A stretch of 64,000 bases of DNA, taken from assembly GCA_002498385.1 (NCBI GenBank), contig DAHH01000019.1:1772-65771 (forward strand). The letters are read 5' to 3'. Of the stretch, positions 20,197 to 31,481 are shown one piece after another. The position numbers and the translations under genes are program-made. Source of the DNA: Methanobacterium sp. UBA410. GTDB lineage: Archaea > Methanobacteriota > Methanobacteria > Methanobacteriales > Methanobacteriaceae. Numbering within the stretch: the first letter of the stretch is position 1; every line of letters begins with the position of its first letter. The notes beneath the pieces are model-generated. The model was not told where the DNA came from. It ran no database searches and saw only the letters and a list, made by a program, of their open reading frames with translations.

Positions 20197-20666
20197 TGAG
20201 AAAATTCTTAAGTGCTGTACAGCTGAAAAAGTTCTTAAAATGTCCAATCATTTTCCAGTGACCTGTTGTTATTCTTTTAATAAAAGTTAATACACATCTT
20301 GCTGCCATGCAAAATTATATATGCTGGACAGCAATACAGTTATATCTGTTATAGTACCATCTTTATAAGACAGAGCAAGAAGCCTTAAAATAGCCAAAAT
20401 ATAATCTGCTTTTATTTTAGTTGCATCGGCTCGATGCACAAAATGGAGACTATTAAGACCTCTCAGTTTAAAATAGGTTCTGCTAATTTGCTTATAATAA
20501 AATTAATCAGTTATTCGGGCACAAATTTATCCAAAAGCTGTCAAGAACAAATAAAATAATCGAAATACATGTTCAGACGATTTTGGGGGGCTATAATTAA
20601 GTTATTGACTAAAAAAACTGTAAAAAAGGATTTTAAGAATCATCAAATAACAAAGGAGGAATGTGA

Positions 20667-21167
20667 ATGGTATTGCCAGTATGCGATGTCTGTTTAAAAA
20701 GTGGCATGTTGTGTCAGGGGTGTGAGAAGAAGCTGAGAACAGGTGAAATCACCCAGTTAGACGTTGACATTGCAAAAATACTTTACAGGGTAGGTGAGGG
20801 TAAGATCGGATTCAAAAAAACCATTGAAATAGGTGACATCGTTATAATTGTCACAGAAAAGGATCAGGTCGGAAAACTCATAGGGAAAAGTGGAAAAATA
20901 GTGAGAGAGATATCCCGAACTGTAGGAAAGAAGATAAGGGTTGTTGGCGAAAATTCAGACCTCCGCTCAGTTGCAAAGGACATACTTGCCCCAGCAAGGA
21001 TATCAGGAATAAACATAGTTTACGGAACAGACGGAAACCAGAAATACAAAATAAGGGTCATGAGGGAAGATTCAAGAAAACTCCCAGGAAGATTGGATGT
21101 TTTAAACGGCATCATAAAACAGTTAACAGGCGAGGAAACCCTTCTTGTAATTGACAGAGAGTTTTAA
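20667..21167 (+). CDS. KH-domain RNA-binding protein with an N-terminal 4-Cys zinc knuckle (NusA-like KH)
   Basis: 'CDVCLKSGMLCQGC', then the KH GxxG core 'KLIGKSGKIVREISRTVGKKIRVV'. RBS AAGGAGG. Confidence 0.7.
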   Translation: MVLPVCDVCLKSGMLCQGCEKKLRTGEITQLDVDIAKILYRVGEGKIGFKKTIEIGDIVIIVTEKDQVGKLIGKSGKIVREISRTVGKKIRVVGENSDLRSVAKDILAPARISGINIVYGTDGNQKYKIRVMREDSRKLPGRLDVLNGIIKQLTGEETLLVIDREF

Positions 21168-21254
21168 ATTTAACCAAACTTTTCTTTTAACCAAATATTT
21201 CTTATACTTCGTTTTACAATATTTTTATCTAGATGCAAATGGATGATGGTTTGT

Positions 21255-22424
21255 ATGGAAATCGTGCTTTGTGTTACAGGGAGTGTAGCTGCAGTAGAGG
21301 CTGTGAAACTTGCAAGGGAACTTAAAAGGCAGGGATTTACAGTTAAATGTTTTATGAGCGACGGTGCATGTGACATAATCCATCCCTACGCCATGGAATT
21401 TGCAACGGGTCAGGAGGTTGTAACAAAACTCACAGGCGAAATTGAGCACGTTAAATATGCCCAATCAGACCTTATACTTGTAGCTCCGGCTACAGCCAAT
21501 GTTATAAGCAAGTTCGCGTACAGGATTGCAGACAACCCCATAAACACACTTTTAATAACGGCACTGGGACACGACACCCCAATTGTGCTGGTTCCATCCA
21601 TGCACGAGTCCATGTACACAGCCATCAAACCCAACATGAGGAAGATCAAGGCTGAGTGCAGGGGAGTAACCTTTGTCGAGCCCAAAAAAGAGGAAGGAAA
21701 GGCCAAGTTCCCCAGCATCCATGACATCACACTTCAAGCGCTGCGAGAAACATCAGATGGAGAGCTAAAAGGTAAAAAAGTCCTTGTAAGTGCGGGTGCA
21801 ACCTACGAGGCAATGGATCCAGTAAGGGGAATTACAAACCGCAGCTCTGGAAAGATGGGGGTTGAAATAGCCAAAGAGGCCTTCAAACAGGGAGCTGAAG
21901 TTACAATGCTCTGCGGAAGGATGCAGACTCACGTTCCAAAGGTTTTTGACAGAGTTCAGGCTGAATCAGTTGAAGATATGGGCAGGGAACTTGAGAAACT
22001 CCTGAAAGACCAGGATGTATTTGTTTCAACTGCAGCTGTTTCTGATTTTACGGTGGAAAGAGTTTCAGGTGTGGAAAGTGGTGTTAAATTCTCTTCAGAT
22101 GAAGCTGTGACCCTGAAACTGAAACCAACACCTAAGTTATTAACTAAAGCTAAAAAAATCAATCCAGACATATTTCTGGTTGGATTCAAGGCAGAGTACA
22201 ATGTTCCAGAGGGCGAGCTTGTTGAATCTGCCAGGCAGAGGATGAAGGATTCAGGAGCAGACCTCATGGTGGCCAATGACGTTGCATTTGAGGGCAGCGG
22301 CTTCGGCTCCGATAAAAATCAGGTCATACTTGTTGATGATGATGTTTCACGTGTTCTGTTAACTTCTAAGGCAGAGGTTGCAGAGAAGATCGTGGCTAGG
22401 ATCTTGAAAAAATTTAAGAATTAA
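21255..22424 (+). CDS. coaBC: bifunctional phosphopantothenoylcysteine decarboxylase / phosphopantothenate-cysteine ligase
   Basis: Flavoprotein N-domain 'IVLCVTGSVAAVEAVKLARELKRQG...LVAPATANVISKFA'. CoaB domain 'KVLVSAGATYEAMDPVRGITNRSSGKMG'. Confidence 0.85.
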   Translation: MEIVLCVTGSVAAVEAVKLARELKRQGFTVKCFMSDGACDIIHPYAMEFATGQEVVTKLTGEIEHVKYAQSDLILVAPATANVISKFAYRIADNPINTLLITALGHDTPIVLVPSMHESMYTAIKPNMRKIKAECRGVTFVEPKKEEGKAKFPSIHDITLQALRETSDGELKGKKVLVSAGATYEAMDPVRGITNRSSGKMGVEIAKEAFKQGAEVTMLCGRMQTHVPKVFDRVQAESVEDMGRELEKLLKDQDVFVSTAAVSDFTVERVSGVESGVKFSSDEAVTLKLKPTPKLLTKAKKINPDIFLVGFKAEYNVPEGELVESARQRMKDSGADLMVANDVAFEGSGFGSDKNQVILVDDDVSRVLLTSKAEVAEKIVARILKKFKN

Positions 22425-22725
22425 CCCACATTGATGATGTTTAAATTTGGGTTTAAGTACAAAAAATATAGAATGATAAATCTTTTTAATTAGGTTTAAC
22501 TCATAAACTTTTTTTCATTGGTTTAATCTTAATCTAATTATGGCTACAATTTTTACTTTACAAAATTTTTACTTTACAAAAAAAAAACATGAAATTAGTA
22601 AACACATAAAAAACATATAAAAATTAAACACAGAAAAAACTCCAAAAATTCTAAACTTCCTTTAAATTTCCGCCAATTGTAAGAGGTTAACCCTTTTTTC
22701 TATTCTGTATTTTCTATAAAAAATT

Positions 22726-23391
22726 TTAAAATGCAGCCTCACACATGAAGGCCATGTGATCCTTTTCGTAGGGTTCGAGATCTACCTTCTCAAGCACCCG
22801 GAATCCTCCTCTTTTAAGTTTGGATTCTTCTTCCTGGAAGATCTTTTTGGGGTTTTTGGTGACGTCTATGCTTCTGGCCTTCACCATCATGATTCCAACA
22901 CCCCCAGGTTTTAGAAACATGCGCATGTTGTCCATGAAAAGCTCGGACTGCTGGGGCTGGGCAACATCGCTGTAGAGAACGTCCACTTTCTCCACCATGT
23001 GCATGTACTCGCGGGGCTTGGTTGCATCGTTAAGCAGGGGCACCATGTTTTCCCTCACGCGGCAGAGCTCCACCAGGTCGCGCACCATTCTGGGTGAAAA
23101 CTCCACACAGTAAATTAAACCACTTGAAGCAATGTCTGAGATGTGGGAGGGTGTTGTACCCGATGATGCACCCAGGTAAAGCACCCTTGAATCTTCCATG
23201 AATGGGAAGCTTTCGAGGCCATTTAAGAGGGCTGCTGCAAGCTTTGAACGGCGAGGGTCCCATATCCTGTACTCATGACCTTCAAGTTCCACCAGTTTCT
23301 CACCGTACACTTTCTGGGTTGGTTTGAGATTTTCTGTGGCTACATGATCCTCTAAAATGTAAACTCCTGGGAATTTCTGTGTTACACTCAT
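22726..23391 (-). CDS. flpA: fibrillarin-like rRNA/tRNA 2'-O-methyltransferase
   Basis: '[19 protein letters not shown]', '[18 protein letters not shown]', '[13 protein letters not shown]'. Confidence 0.9.
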   Translation of the reverse strand: MSVTQKFPGVYILEDHVATENLKPTQKVYGEKLVELEGHEYRIWDPRRSKLAAALLNGLESFPFMEDSRVLYLGASSGTTPSHISDIASSGLIYCVEFSPRMVRDLVELCRVRENMVPLLNDATKPREYMHMVEKVDVLYSDVAQPQQSELFMDNMRMFLKPGGVGIMMVKARSIDVTKNPKKIFQEEESKLKRGGFRVLEKVDLEPYEKDHMAFMCEAAF

Positions 23392-23502
23392 TTTTTGGTT
23401 CCTCTTGCTGCGATAAGATATTTTAAACTAAAATCAAGATATTTGAGTAGAATCTTTTTGTTTTATAGATAAAAGCATGCTTCCTGCAACTACCTTTAAG
23501 AT

Positions 23503-24768
23503 CTAGTAGTAATCACTGATCTTCTTCTTGTACTTGTCCCTCTTTTTGCGTTTCTTTTTGGATTTCTTCTTATCCACTTTTTTGCTGCTGCTCCGTTTTG
23601 GGAAGGGATTTGACTTCTCAATCTCCAGAACCTTCTCCTCAAAACTTTCCTTTATTGAGGGGTCATAATCTCCAGAGAAAACATCTTTACGAACTGCCAG
23701 CGATATCTTGGATGCCAGAGTCCTGGCAACTTTGCCCCGAATCCACCACTTGGCACCTCTAACAGCCGGGTGCTGGAATATGAGTCCATGCTTTGGAGGT
23801 CTTTCACCAGTCTTCAAATGCCTGAATAAAGCTTTTTCAGCACCTAAAACCTGTACAGTACCTGAAGGTAAGAGTGAAAGCCTTTTAATACCTCCAACGT
23901 GGGCTATGAGCTTTGCACCAAGGGAAGAACCGCAGAGATCCCTGAGGTTTGGTGCTATTTCCTTCATCTTCTGGTCTATGTAATCTGTTATGGATTCTTT
24001 TGATTCCTGGATGGATCTGATTGAGGCTGCAAAACCCTGAAGTACGAGAACGTCAGAATCACCTATTTCAGCCCCAACACTCCTTTCGATCTTCAGAACA
24101 TCTTCCAGATCTCCAGATCCAATAATGGCGTCCCTGTTGCCATGTTCTGCAACCAACCTCACGTAGCCCTTATGGTTCTTCATTCTGTCAAGCTCTGGGA
24201 AGTGCACTGAGTACCACTCCCTCAACCTCTCAACCAGCTTACCTGTTGCCTCGTCCACCTCATCTATTGAGTTTATTGCCTGTATAAGGAGCAGATCTTC
24301 GGCTTTGGAAGCTTCCTTCAACTTATCCTCAGTTAGTTCGATGGAGAGCTCGTGCAGAATCTCTTTGAACTCCTTCTCTGCATCTAAATTTTTTACATCT
24401 AAAAATTCATTTTCTGTATCCAAACCTTCTGAATCATCTGAATCTAAAAAACCGGTTTTAAAGAGAATTTCAGTCATGTTGGACCTTAAAAATTCTCCTC
24501 CACGGTTTGGAGTTTCAAATTTGAATTTAGAGTTGTCCTTGAGATTTTTGTACTTTGAACGTGGAATAACTGTTTCTATCACAACTTCTTCATGCTTTTT
24601 CACAGCTCTTTTCAGCACTGATTCTTCTTCTCTGGTTAAATTTCCGTTAGCTCTGCTTTTGAGTCTTTCTGCAAGTTTGCTCCGTGGGAAAAGTTCATAG
24701 TCTATGAGGCCACAATTCTCATTAAGAACTATAAAACCTGCAAAACAACATGTAAGATAACACTTCAT
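23503..24768 (-). CDS. nop5: C/D box sRNP core protein Nop5 (Nop56/58) with a Lys-rich tail
   Basis: 'IAPNLRDLCGSSLGAKLIAHVGGIKRLSLLPSGTVQVLGAEKALFRH' is the Nop domain. Directly upstream of flpA, as in other archaea. Tail 'KKVDKKKSKKKRKKRDKYKKK'. Confidence 0.9.
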   Translation of the reverse strand: MKCYLTCCFAGFIVLNENCGLIDYELFPRSKLAERLKSRANGNLTREEESVLKRAVKKHEEVVIETVIPRSKYKNLKDNSKFKFETPNRGGEFLRSNMTEILFKTGFLDSDDSEGLDTENEFLDVKNLDAEKEFKEILHELSIELTEDKLKEASKAEDLLLIQAINSIDEVDEATGKLVERLREWYSVHFPELDRMKNHKGYVRLVAEHGNRDAIIGSGDLEDVLKIERSVGAEIGDSDVLVLQGFAASIRSIQESKESITDYIDQKMKEIAPNLRDLCGSSLGAKLIAHVGGIKRLSLLPSGTVQVLGAEKALFRHLKTGERPPKHGLIFQHPAVRGAKWWIRGKVARTLASKISLAVRKDVFSGDYDPSIKESFEEKVLEIEKSNPFPKRSSSKKVDKKKSKKKRKKRDKYKKKISDYY

Positions 24769-24861
24769 ATAGTTAGTGTGTAATCTTCAGAATTTAAACT
24801 TTCTTTAGTATGTAATCTTGAGGTTCAAACTTTCTACCAGGTTTTACGGTAGGTGAATTCA

Positions 24862-25764
24862 ATGCTGGAAATTGAATTATGTAACATAAAAATGAAAAAT
24901 CCCACCATGCTTGCAGCAGGAGTGCTTGGAAGTACAGCAGCATCATTAAACTGGGTTGCAAGAAGTGGTGCAGGAGCCATTGTAACAAAATCATTCGGAC
25001 TAATACCCAACAAGGGATACTCAAACCCAACAACAGTTGAGGTGACAGGAGGGATAATAAACGCAATAGGCCTCTCAAACCCAGGAGTTGAGAACGTTAA
25101 AGAGGAACTGAAAAAGCTATCTGGATCTGTTCCTGCCGTTGCCTCCATCTACGGTGCCAACCCCCACGAGTTTTCGGTGATAGCAGATAGAATCAATGGA
25201 GAAGTGGATGCAATTGAACTCAACGTGTCCTGCCCCCATGCAATGGGAGGATGTGGAGCAGCAATAGGCCAGAACCCCCAGTTAACAGCAGACATAGTTC
25301 GGGCCGTTAAGGAAAAGGTGAGATGTCCGGTTTTTGTAAAGCTGACACCAAACGTTACGGACATAGTTGAGATAGCTACCGCTGCAGAGGAAGCAGGCTG
25401 CGACGCCCTTACCATGATAAACTCCCTGGGCCCTGGCATGAAGATAGATGTTGAAACAGCCAGACCAATACTCAGCAACAGATTCGGTGGAATGTCGGGG
25501 CCTGCAATAAAACCCATTGCACTTCGATGTGTTTTCGATGTCTACGAAGCGGTGAACGTTCCAATAATAGGCGTTGGCGGTGTAACGAACCACGAAGATG
25601 TTCTTGAGTTTTTGTACGCCGGTGCAAGGGCAGTGCAGGTTGGAACAGGGATCATGTACCATGGACCCGGCATTTTTGCAGATATCTGCGCAGGACTTGA
25701 GAAATTCATGGCTGAGAAGGGTTACAAATCGGTTGAAGAGATGGTGGGACTGGCCCACCTTTAA
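24862..25764 (+). CDS. pyrD: dihydroorotate dehydrogenase, class 1B catalytic subunit
   Basis: 'NPTMLAAGVLG', 'IELNVSCPH', 'GGMSGPAIKPIALR', 'IIGVGGV'. ATG at 24862 follows GGTAGGTG. Confidence 0.9.
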   Translation: MLEIELCNIKMKNPTMLAAGVLGSTAASLNWVARSGAGAIVTKSFGLIPNKGYSNPTTVEVTGGIINAIGLSNPGVENVKEELKKLSGSVPAVASIYGANPHEFSVIADRINGEVDAIELNVSCPHAMGGCGAAIGQNPQLTADIVRAVKEKVRCPVFVKLTPNVTDIVEIATAAEEAGCDALTMINSLGPGMKIDVETARPILSNRFGGMSGPAIKPIALRCVFDVYEAVNVPIIGVGGVTNHEDVLEFLYAGARAVQVGTGIMYHGPGIFADICAGLEKFMAEKGYKSVEEMVGLAHL

Positions 25765-25836
25765 AATAAGGCTTGATCAGTGGATATCACTTATGTAAGC
25801 ACTGAATTTACTTAGGCCAGTAAAGAGCTGAGAAAT

Positions 25837-26634
25837 ATGCACGTTCCAAAGGTACTTGAAATAAAACGAATAGTAAAAGAAACACCAACAGTTAAAACGT
25901 TTATATTTGATTGGAAGGTTAAAAATGAGGTTCCAGGCCAGTTTGTCATGGTTTGGAACTTCAAGGATGAGAAACCCATGTCTCTATCCATAATTGACCC
26001 TGTAAACAACGAAATCGGAGTTTCAATTAGGAAGGTGGGGGAGTTCACAGAGACCCTCCACAAAATGGATGTAGGGGACAAGCTGGGTATCAGAGGACCT
26101 TACGGTCATGGATTTGACATGGTGGGTTCCAGGATCCTGGCAGTGGGTGGAGGTATTGGAATGGCTCCAATAATCGCGTTCACAGAGGATGCACGCCGCA
26201 GGGGCATGGATGTTGACGTTGTAAGTGCAGCTGCAACCGCAGGTGAGCTCGTCTTCAGTGAGAGAGTTGAAAAATCGGGGGCAAAGCTGTTAACATGTAC
26301 AGATGATGGAAGTAAGGGCTTCTGCGGTTTCGGCACGGACCTTGCAGAGAAAACCCTCCAGGAAAATGATTATGACGTGGTTGTAAGCTGTGGTCCTGAG
26401 ATCATGATGAAAAAACTTTTCGAGCTCGTTTGCAGGTTCAGGATACCTGCACAGTTCTCACTTGAGCGTTACATGAAGTGCGGTGTGGGCATCTGTGGGC
26501 AATGCTGTCTAGATGATGTTGGATGGAGAGTATGCGCTGAGGGGCCGGTTTTCTGGACAGATCAGGTCAGGATGATATCTGAATTTGGAAAGTACAGAAG
26601 AGATGCCTCTGGTTTAAAACATGGGATGCCCTGA
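25837..26634 (+). CDS. pyrK: dihydroorotate dehydrogenase electron-transfer subunit (FAD / 2Fe-2S)
   Basis: FNR-like fold 'ILAVGGGIGMAPI' and the C-terminal cluster 'CGVGICGQCC'. Confidence 0.85.
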   Translation: MHVPKVLEIKRIVKETPTVKTFIFDWKVKNEVPGQFVMVWNFKDEKPMSLSIIDPVNNEIGVSIRKVGEFTETLHKMDVGDKLGIRGPYGHGFDMVGSRILAVGGGIGMAPIIAFTEDARRRGMDVDVVSAAATAGELVFSERVEKSGAKLLTCTDDGSKGFCGFGTDLAEKTLQENDYDVVVSCGPEIMMKKLFELVCRFRIPAQFSLERYMKCGVGICGQCCLDDVGWRVCAEGPVFWTDQVRMISEFGKYRRDASGLKHGMP

Positions 26635-26839
26635 ATTTTCTGTAACTATTTTTTAGGATAGATATCTTCAAAGTCAAGGATTAAGTGGGAATGTTTTAAA
26701 AAGGTCGCTCTTGTCCTTTTTCTGGTGCAAAGGTTAAATTAGTATGTGGTGTTATGTTTTTTAGGTAGTGAAGGGTGATTTGGCGTTGGAATTGTTTATT
26801 TCAGATGAAGAAAAGGCTTTAATTTTTTTTTTTAGATGC

Positions 26840-27620
26840 ATATGATGGCCTGGTGGGGTTTATTGTCCTGAGTGTGGGTCTTTATAATGTTTTATAAGTG
26901 TGGTTATGTTTTATAATAAATAGAGTTAGGCATTATTCTTGTAATGGATGTGGTGGATAATTTCACAGATTTCTTTTGAAACAAATATTCGTCAATAAAC
27001 ACTTATCTTCAGGTGAAAATGTTTTATAATAATAGTTAAAGTTTTATATAAATATTAAATCAGGAATAAAAAAAGTGTAAATCAGTTGTCAAAAGAATTA
27101 GGTCATAGATGGGAGAGTATTGACAGGTTATCCGAAGAATTTAAGGAATATCCCGAGAAAAACATGAAAGACCCTGTTTTATCTGGAATAAATAGAAATA
27201 GATGAAATGTACCAATCTTCAGGCGATAAAGGTTTAAAAAAGAATCCATGACACAGAGGCCTTAAACATAAGAGGAAAAGGCACATGGAACATTAAGACA
27301 AACCACCAATAAGTCACATAACGGAAAGAGAGAAACAAGAAAACACCATTCTAAGCGTTGAAAAGGAACCCTCTTCCTTCAAAAAAAATTAATACAGAAC
27401 AAAAACTTAAAACATACTGCAAAAAGCCAGTAACAGTATTTCACAGACGATTACACCATATACACAGGTTTAAAACAATATTATAATAATATTTGGGGGT
27501 ATTTCAAGAGGTATACCTCAACATAATACGTCAAATTCCTTCCAATTCACATTTCATAAACCAAGTAAACTGAATAAACAAAACAACACACATAACATAC
27601 AATGCACCTAAAAACCAATA
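26840..27620 (+). pseudogene. heavily decayed IS1595-type transposase relic
   Basis: Across shifting frames: zinc ribbon 'YCPECGS...RHYSCNGCG', then 'EIDEMYQSSGDKGLKK...RGLKHKRKRH...DKPPI', then a C-terminal-like 'FQEVYLN...SNSHF'. Many stops, and no ORF over 60 aa in 1.2 kb. Confidence 0.5.
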
Positions 27621-27881
27621 AGAGCGAAGGAAGGTTTATCCATTTCAGCATGAAACTTTAATAAAAAGGTATTGAAGAATTAATTTAAGTTTAGTTTCAA
27701 GTAAAGTAATTTCTTCAAGGTAAAGTATTTTTTAAGTATGAAGGATATTTTCAACTAAACTAATTGAATGGAAGTTGGATTATTGAATGGAACTTGGATT
27801 TTTACAAAAAAAATTGGAAGAATGTTGATAGAAACCCCATGGGGCCATGCTTTTTTATAAAACTTTAAAATAGTGATATTA

Positions 27882-28949
27882 ATGCGTTATGGAGTAAAAG
27901 GAACTTTAACATCAACAGTTTTCATCATTGTCCTGCTTCTTCTCCTGTCCCTCTTTGTACTGTTTCCAATGCTTGACATGGTGATTCTGGGTGCCATTGT
28001 TGCCTACCTTATCAGGCCCCTTTTTACCAGAATGGAGCCCTACATGAAGTTCAGATCCCTTGCAGTTTTCATAGCCATGGTGCTTGTTCTCATACCTTTA
28101 ATAGCTGTTCTGGCTCTTTTTGTTACCACCCTCATCCAGGCAACCCCTGCAGTTGTAAACAGTTTGAGCAGTGTTGATATAAACAGTTTGAGCACCAGCA
28201 GCATCCAGAACTATCCTCTGGTTAAACAGTACCTGCCTGAGGGATCACCCTACATATCTTCCATCATCAACTCCATCAGTGCAGCAGCTGCAGATATCCT
28301 TAAAAACGTTACAGAGTATCTCATTAAGATATTGGAGTCTGTACCGGTTATTGCTCTTGCACTCTTCATATTCTTTGCTTCAACCTTCTACTTTGCAAGG
28401 GACGGTGATAAACTATGGGAATATGTGGTTTACATCATACCTGAAAACCGTAAAGGCTATTTCAACACACTTTTTGAGGAAATAGACAGGGTTTTAAAGA
28501 GCATATTTGTTGGACATTTCTTCACAGCAGTCATCACAGGTACCATAGCAGGTCTTGGATTTGCAGGTCTTGGATATCCATTTCCATTGTTTTTAGGTGT
28601 TTTAACAGGATTCTTCCAGCTCATACCCATTATAGGGCACTGGCCAACAATTCTGGTCCTTGCACTCTACGATATCTTCTTTGGAAACTACATCAGAGGA
28701 ATTGAGGTGCTGATTCTTGGAGTGGCCTTGAGCCTCATAGACATGTACATAAGGCCAAAACTTGCAGGAAGATACGCAGACATCCATCCACTAATATTTC
28801 TCCTGGGATTCCTCTGCGGACCCCTTGTTATGGGTGTCGTGGGATTCATAATAGGCCCCCTGATTCTTGGAGTAACTTACGCTGCAGTCACCGCCTACAA
28901 GAAGGATGAAACCCGAAAAGAGGGTGCTGCGGTGAAACAGATTAAATGA
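27882..28949 (+). CDS. AI-2E family (PerM/UPF0118) membrane transporter
   Basis: Multi-TM protein with 'FYFARDGDKL', 'GFFQLIPIIG', 'IRPKLAG'. The start could be the GTG at 27873. Confidence 0.8.
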   Translation: MRYGVKGTLTSTVFIIVLLLLLSLFVLFPMLDMVILGAIVAYLIRPLFTRMEPYMKFRSLAVFIAMVLVLIPLIAVLALFVTTLIQATPAVVNSLSSVDINSLSTSSIQNYPLVKQYLPEGSPYISSIINSISAAAADILKNVTEYLIKILESVPVIALALFIFFASTFYFARDGDKLWEYVVYIIPENRKGYFNTLFEEIDRVLKSIFVGHFFTAVITGTIAGLGFAGLGYPFPLFLGVLTGFFQLIPIIGHWPTILVLALYDIFFGNYIRGIEVLILGVALSLIDMYIRPKLAGRYADIHPLIFLLGFLCGPLVMGVVGFIIGPLILGVTYAAVTAYKKDETRKEGAAVKQIK

Positions 28950-29125
28950 ATAAAATAGATCATGAAAATTGGATTGTATATTAATATAAAAATTAAGAAA
29001 TTAACTTTAAAAAAAATACAACGAGTACAAAAAAATAAAATTTCTTCATGCCCATAAAAAGTTAAAAAAACTTGAATTCAGATTTTTTTTATCTCTAAAC
29101 CCTTTTTTTACTTTAATTTTTTACT

Positions 29126-29620
29126 TTAAACCAGTTTTATCTCCAGATCGTTTGAGTTCAGCGAGTAACTTGAACCTGCAGAATCAGTGTAACTCACAGA
29201 GAATCCCCCTATGAAGAATGGGTTTGAAACTGTGGAGTTAGCTCCGAAATCCTCCTGAACTTCCTGGTCTGTGGGTATGTGTATGGTGTACTGAAAATTT
29301 CTGGTTGCACCGGCTTTTAAAGTTCCAAGGTTTTTATCAAAGTTTTGTGACTGGGCCTTAACATTGTAAGCAGGCTCGCCGCCTTTGTTAGTGATGTTGT
29401 AATTTACGGTTATATTTTCGCCTTTAATGGCTGTTGAAGGTCCTGTTTGGGTTGCAGCCACACGAACTCCAGAAACTTTCACGTTTGACGTGTTGCTGAG
29501 GTTGTTCTGGGTGCTGTTTGAAATGTTGAGTTGGGTCGTGCTTTTGAATGTAATGGATGCTGCCAGTGCAACTAAACAGAAAAAGATCACTAAAACCACT
29601 GCTGCGATTTTTTTATCCAT
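29126..29620 (-). CDS. N-terminally anchored extracellular beta-sandwich (CARDB-like) protein
   Basis: TM/signal anchor 'IAAVVLVIFFCLVALAA'. 'GENITVNYNITNKGGEPAYNVKA...LKAGATRNFQYTIHIP' resembles the CARDB/NEW3 pattern. Confidence 0.55.
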   Translation of the reverse strand: MDKKIAAVVLVIFFCLVALAASITFKSTTQLNISNSTQNNLSNTSNVKVSGVRVAATQTGPSTAIKGENITVNYNITNKGGEPAYNVKAQSQNFDKNLGTLKAGATRNFQYTIHIPTDQEVQEDFGANSTVSNPFFIGGFSVSYTDSAGSSYSLNSNDLEIKLV

Positions 29621-29678
29621 CTGGACACCCCCTCAAGGTTTTCCTGTAACTAATATGAACTGTTAACCTATATAATGA

Positions 29679-30089
29679 TCACACGAACTTGACCTGTTTA
29701 TCCTTCCCGGTAATTTCATCCAGTTCAAGGCCCTTATCAAGTATCAAATCTCTATCTACCCTATAATTTCCATTTTTAGTCTTTTTAAGGTCTTCAGGTT
29801 TTACAAAACGCCACTTCATGTAGTTGAACTTGACCCCAATGTAGGGATCGGCACCGAAGGTTCCTGAAAACTGGAGCAGACCATTTATCTTGGGATAATC
29901 AATATATATCCAGTCTTTAGAGGATGATTTGACTTCAATAGCCAGATAGATTTTACCGTTGCCCGCAAGAACATCAGGTAAAGGTTTTTTAGTTGCACCC
30001 CCAGATGCAGGGGCCCTCATGGCTGCAAAACCAGCATTCCACAACATCTTCACAAGGTCTCTCTCTTCCTTCGATCCAGTTTTACTCAT
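29679..30089 (-). CDS. hjc: Holliday junction resolvase Hjc
   Basis: '[27 protein letters not shown]...PDVLAG...YLAIEVKSS' carries the E...D...E-x-K nuclease motifs. ATG at 30089 is preferred over the TTG at 30110. Confidence 0.85.
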   Translation of the reverse strand: MSKTGSKEERDLVKMLWNAGFAAMRAPASGGATKKPLPDVLAGNGKIYLAIEVKSSSKDWIYIDYPKINGLLQFSGTFGADPYIGVKFNYMKWRFVKPEDLKKTKNGNYRVDRDLILDKGLELDEITGKDKQVKFV

Positions 30090-30222
30090 GGTAATCAGCC
30101 GAAAATCCAAAACAAGGATTCAATTTAATCATAGTTTATTTTATATATTATATAACTTGACGATAGTTGATGTGATGAATGAATAATGAAAGTAGATTAA
30201 AAAAATTTATTCCTCAATAATA

Positions 30223-30525
30223 TCAAAATTCATAGTTCTCTATTTTTTCAGCATGGAATGTGCCGTTTCTCATAGGACTTCTCATCCATTCAACCCTGGC
30301 ATTTTTAATGAGAAAAGGTTTATCACGAAATGCTATGTCTACAGTTATGCCGGAATGGCTGTTACCGGGATCCAGTGTTATGAACCTTGAAAAGTTTCCA
30401 GTGTAATGGTACCTGTTTTTAACAAACCACTGTGTTAAATTAACCCCTTCCATATGTCCTATTTTAGTGCCTTCCTGAATAACATCACATCTTAATGAAC
30501 CACAACATCTTTCCATTTTTATCAT
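30223..30525 (-). CDS. hypothetical protein (100 aa)
   Basis: ORF only; I recognise no motif. Coding-like composition and an isolated position downstream of the tRNA cluster. Confidence 0.4.
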   Translation of the reverse strand: MIKMERCCGSLRCDVIQEGTKIGHMEGVNLTQWFVKNRYHYTGNFSRFITLDPGNSHSGITVDIAFRDKPFLIKNARVEWMRSPMRNGTFHAEKIENYEF

Positions 30526-30842
30526 GGTATCACCCTCTGCTTCAATGTTTATGAAGCTGTTATAAGTAACTTTCTAAAAAAATTTCAGTGGACTGGCAAA
30601 ATTTGGATCAAAGAACTAAAGAGGGGATGGTTTGCCTGAAATTTCATAAAAGGCTGCTGTTTCAATGATAAATCTCTGAAAAATGAATCTCTGAAAAAAA
30701 GGGTTAATACGTTATAAAAGGTGAACCTTACTTATAAAATGGATTTTTATAGGATGAGAGTTATTTTGGGATTGATAAAATTATAAAACAAGACCATAAC
30801 CAAGGATAACAGCTTATAAAACAAGTAAATGGATAATAATAA

Positions 30843-30915
<73 letters not shown>

Positions 30916-30936
30916 ATATGAAAGTTAGCGTTTGAG

Positions 30937-31021
30937 TGCGGGGGCAGGGGTTCGAACCCTGGTAGACCTATGTCAACAGGTCCTAAGCCTGTCCCCTTTG
31001 ACCTGACTCGGGCACCCCCGC
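30937..31021 (-). tRNA. tRNA-Leu (UAG), long variable arm
   Basis: Acceptor GCGGGGG/CCCCCGC, anticodon arm ACAGG-CUUAGGA-CCUGU, 85 nt with an extra arm, T-loop GUUCGAACC. Confidence 0.85.
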
Positions 31022-31109
31022 AGTTAGATTTATTTAATGTCACTGTTTTTTTACGTATATTTCATATTCCTTTTTCATATTCCTTCACATGAAAAATGTA
31101 CATAAAAAC

Positions 31110-31188
<79 letters not shown>

Positions 31189-31236
31189 AATATGATCATG
31201 ATTGAACTGATTTTTTGAATAGTCTGTTGAATAGAG

Positions 31237-31310
<74 letters not shown>

Positions 31311-31312
31311 AA

Positions 31313-31389
<77 letters not shown>

Positions 31390-31481
31390 ATGTCAATCAA
31401 AGCCTGCAAACAATTTATCTGGATTTGCAGGATTTCAAAACACAGCATACCAAGGCGTATGTTTAAGATAGATATTTATCC

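Noticed and set aside
20309-20666. Possible structured ncRNA in the 620-nt spacer upstream of the KH-domain gene (a small hairpin TGCATCG-GCT-CGATGCA lies near 20424).
   Set aside because: Apart from one 7-bp hairpin the region is AT-rich with no extended complementary segments. I could recognise nothing resembling SRP RNA, RNase P RNA or a C/D box sRNA.
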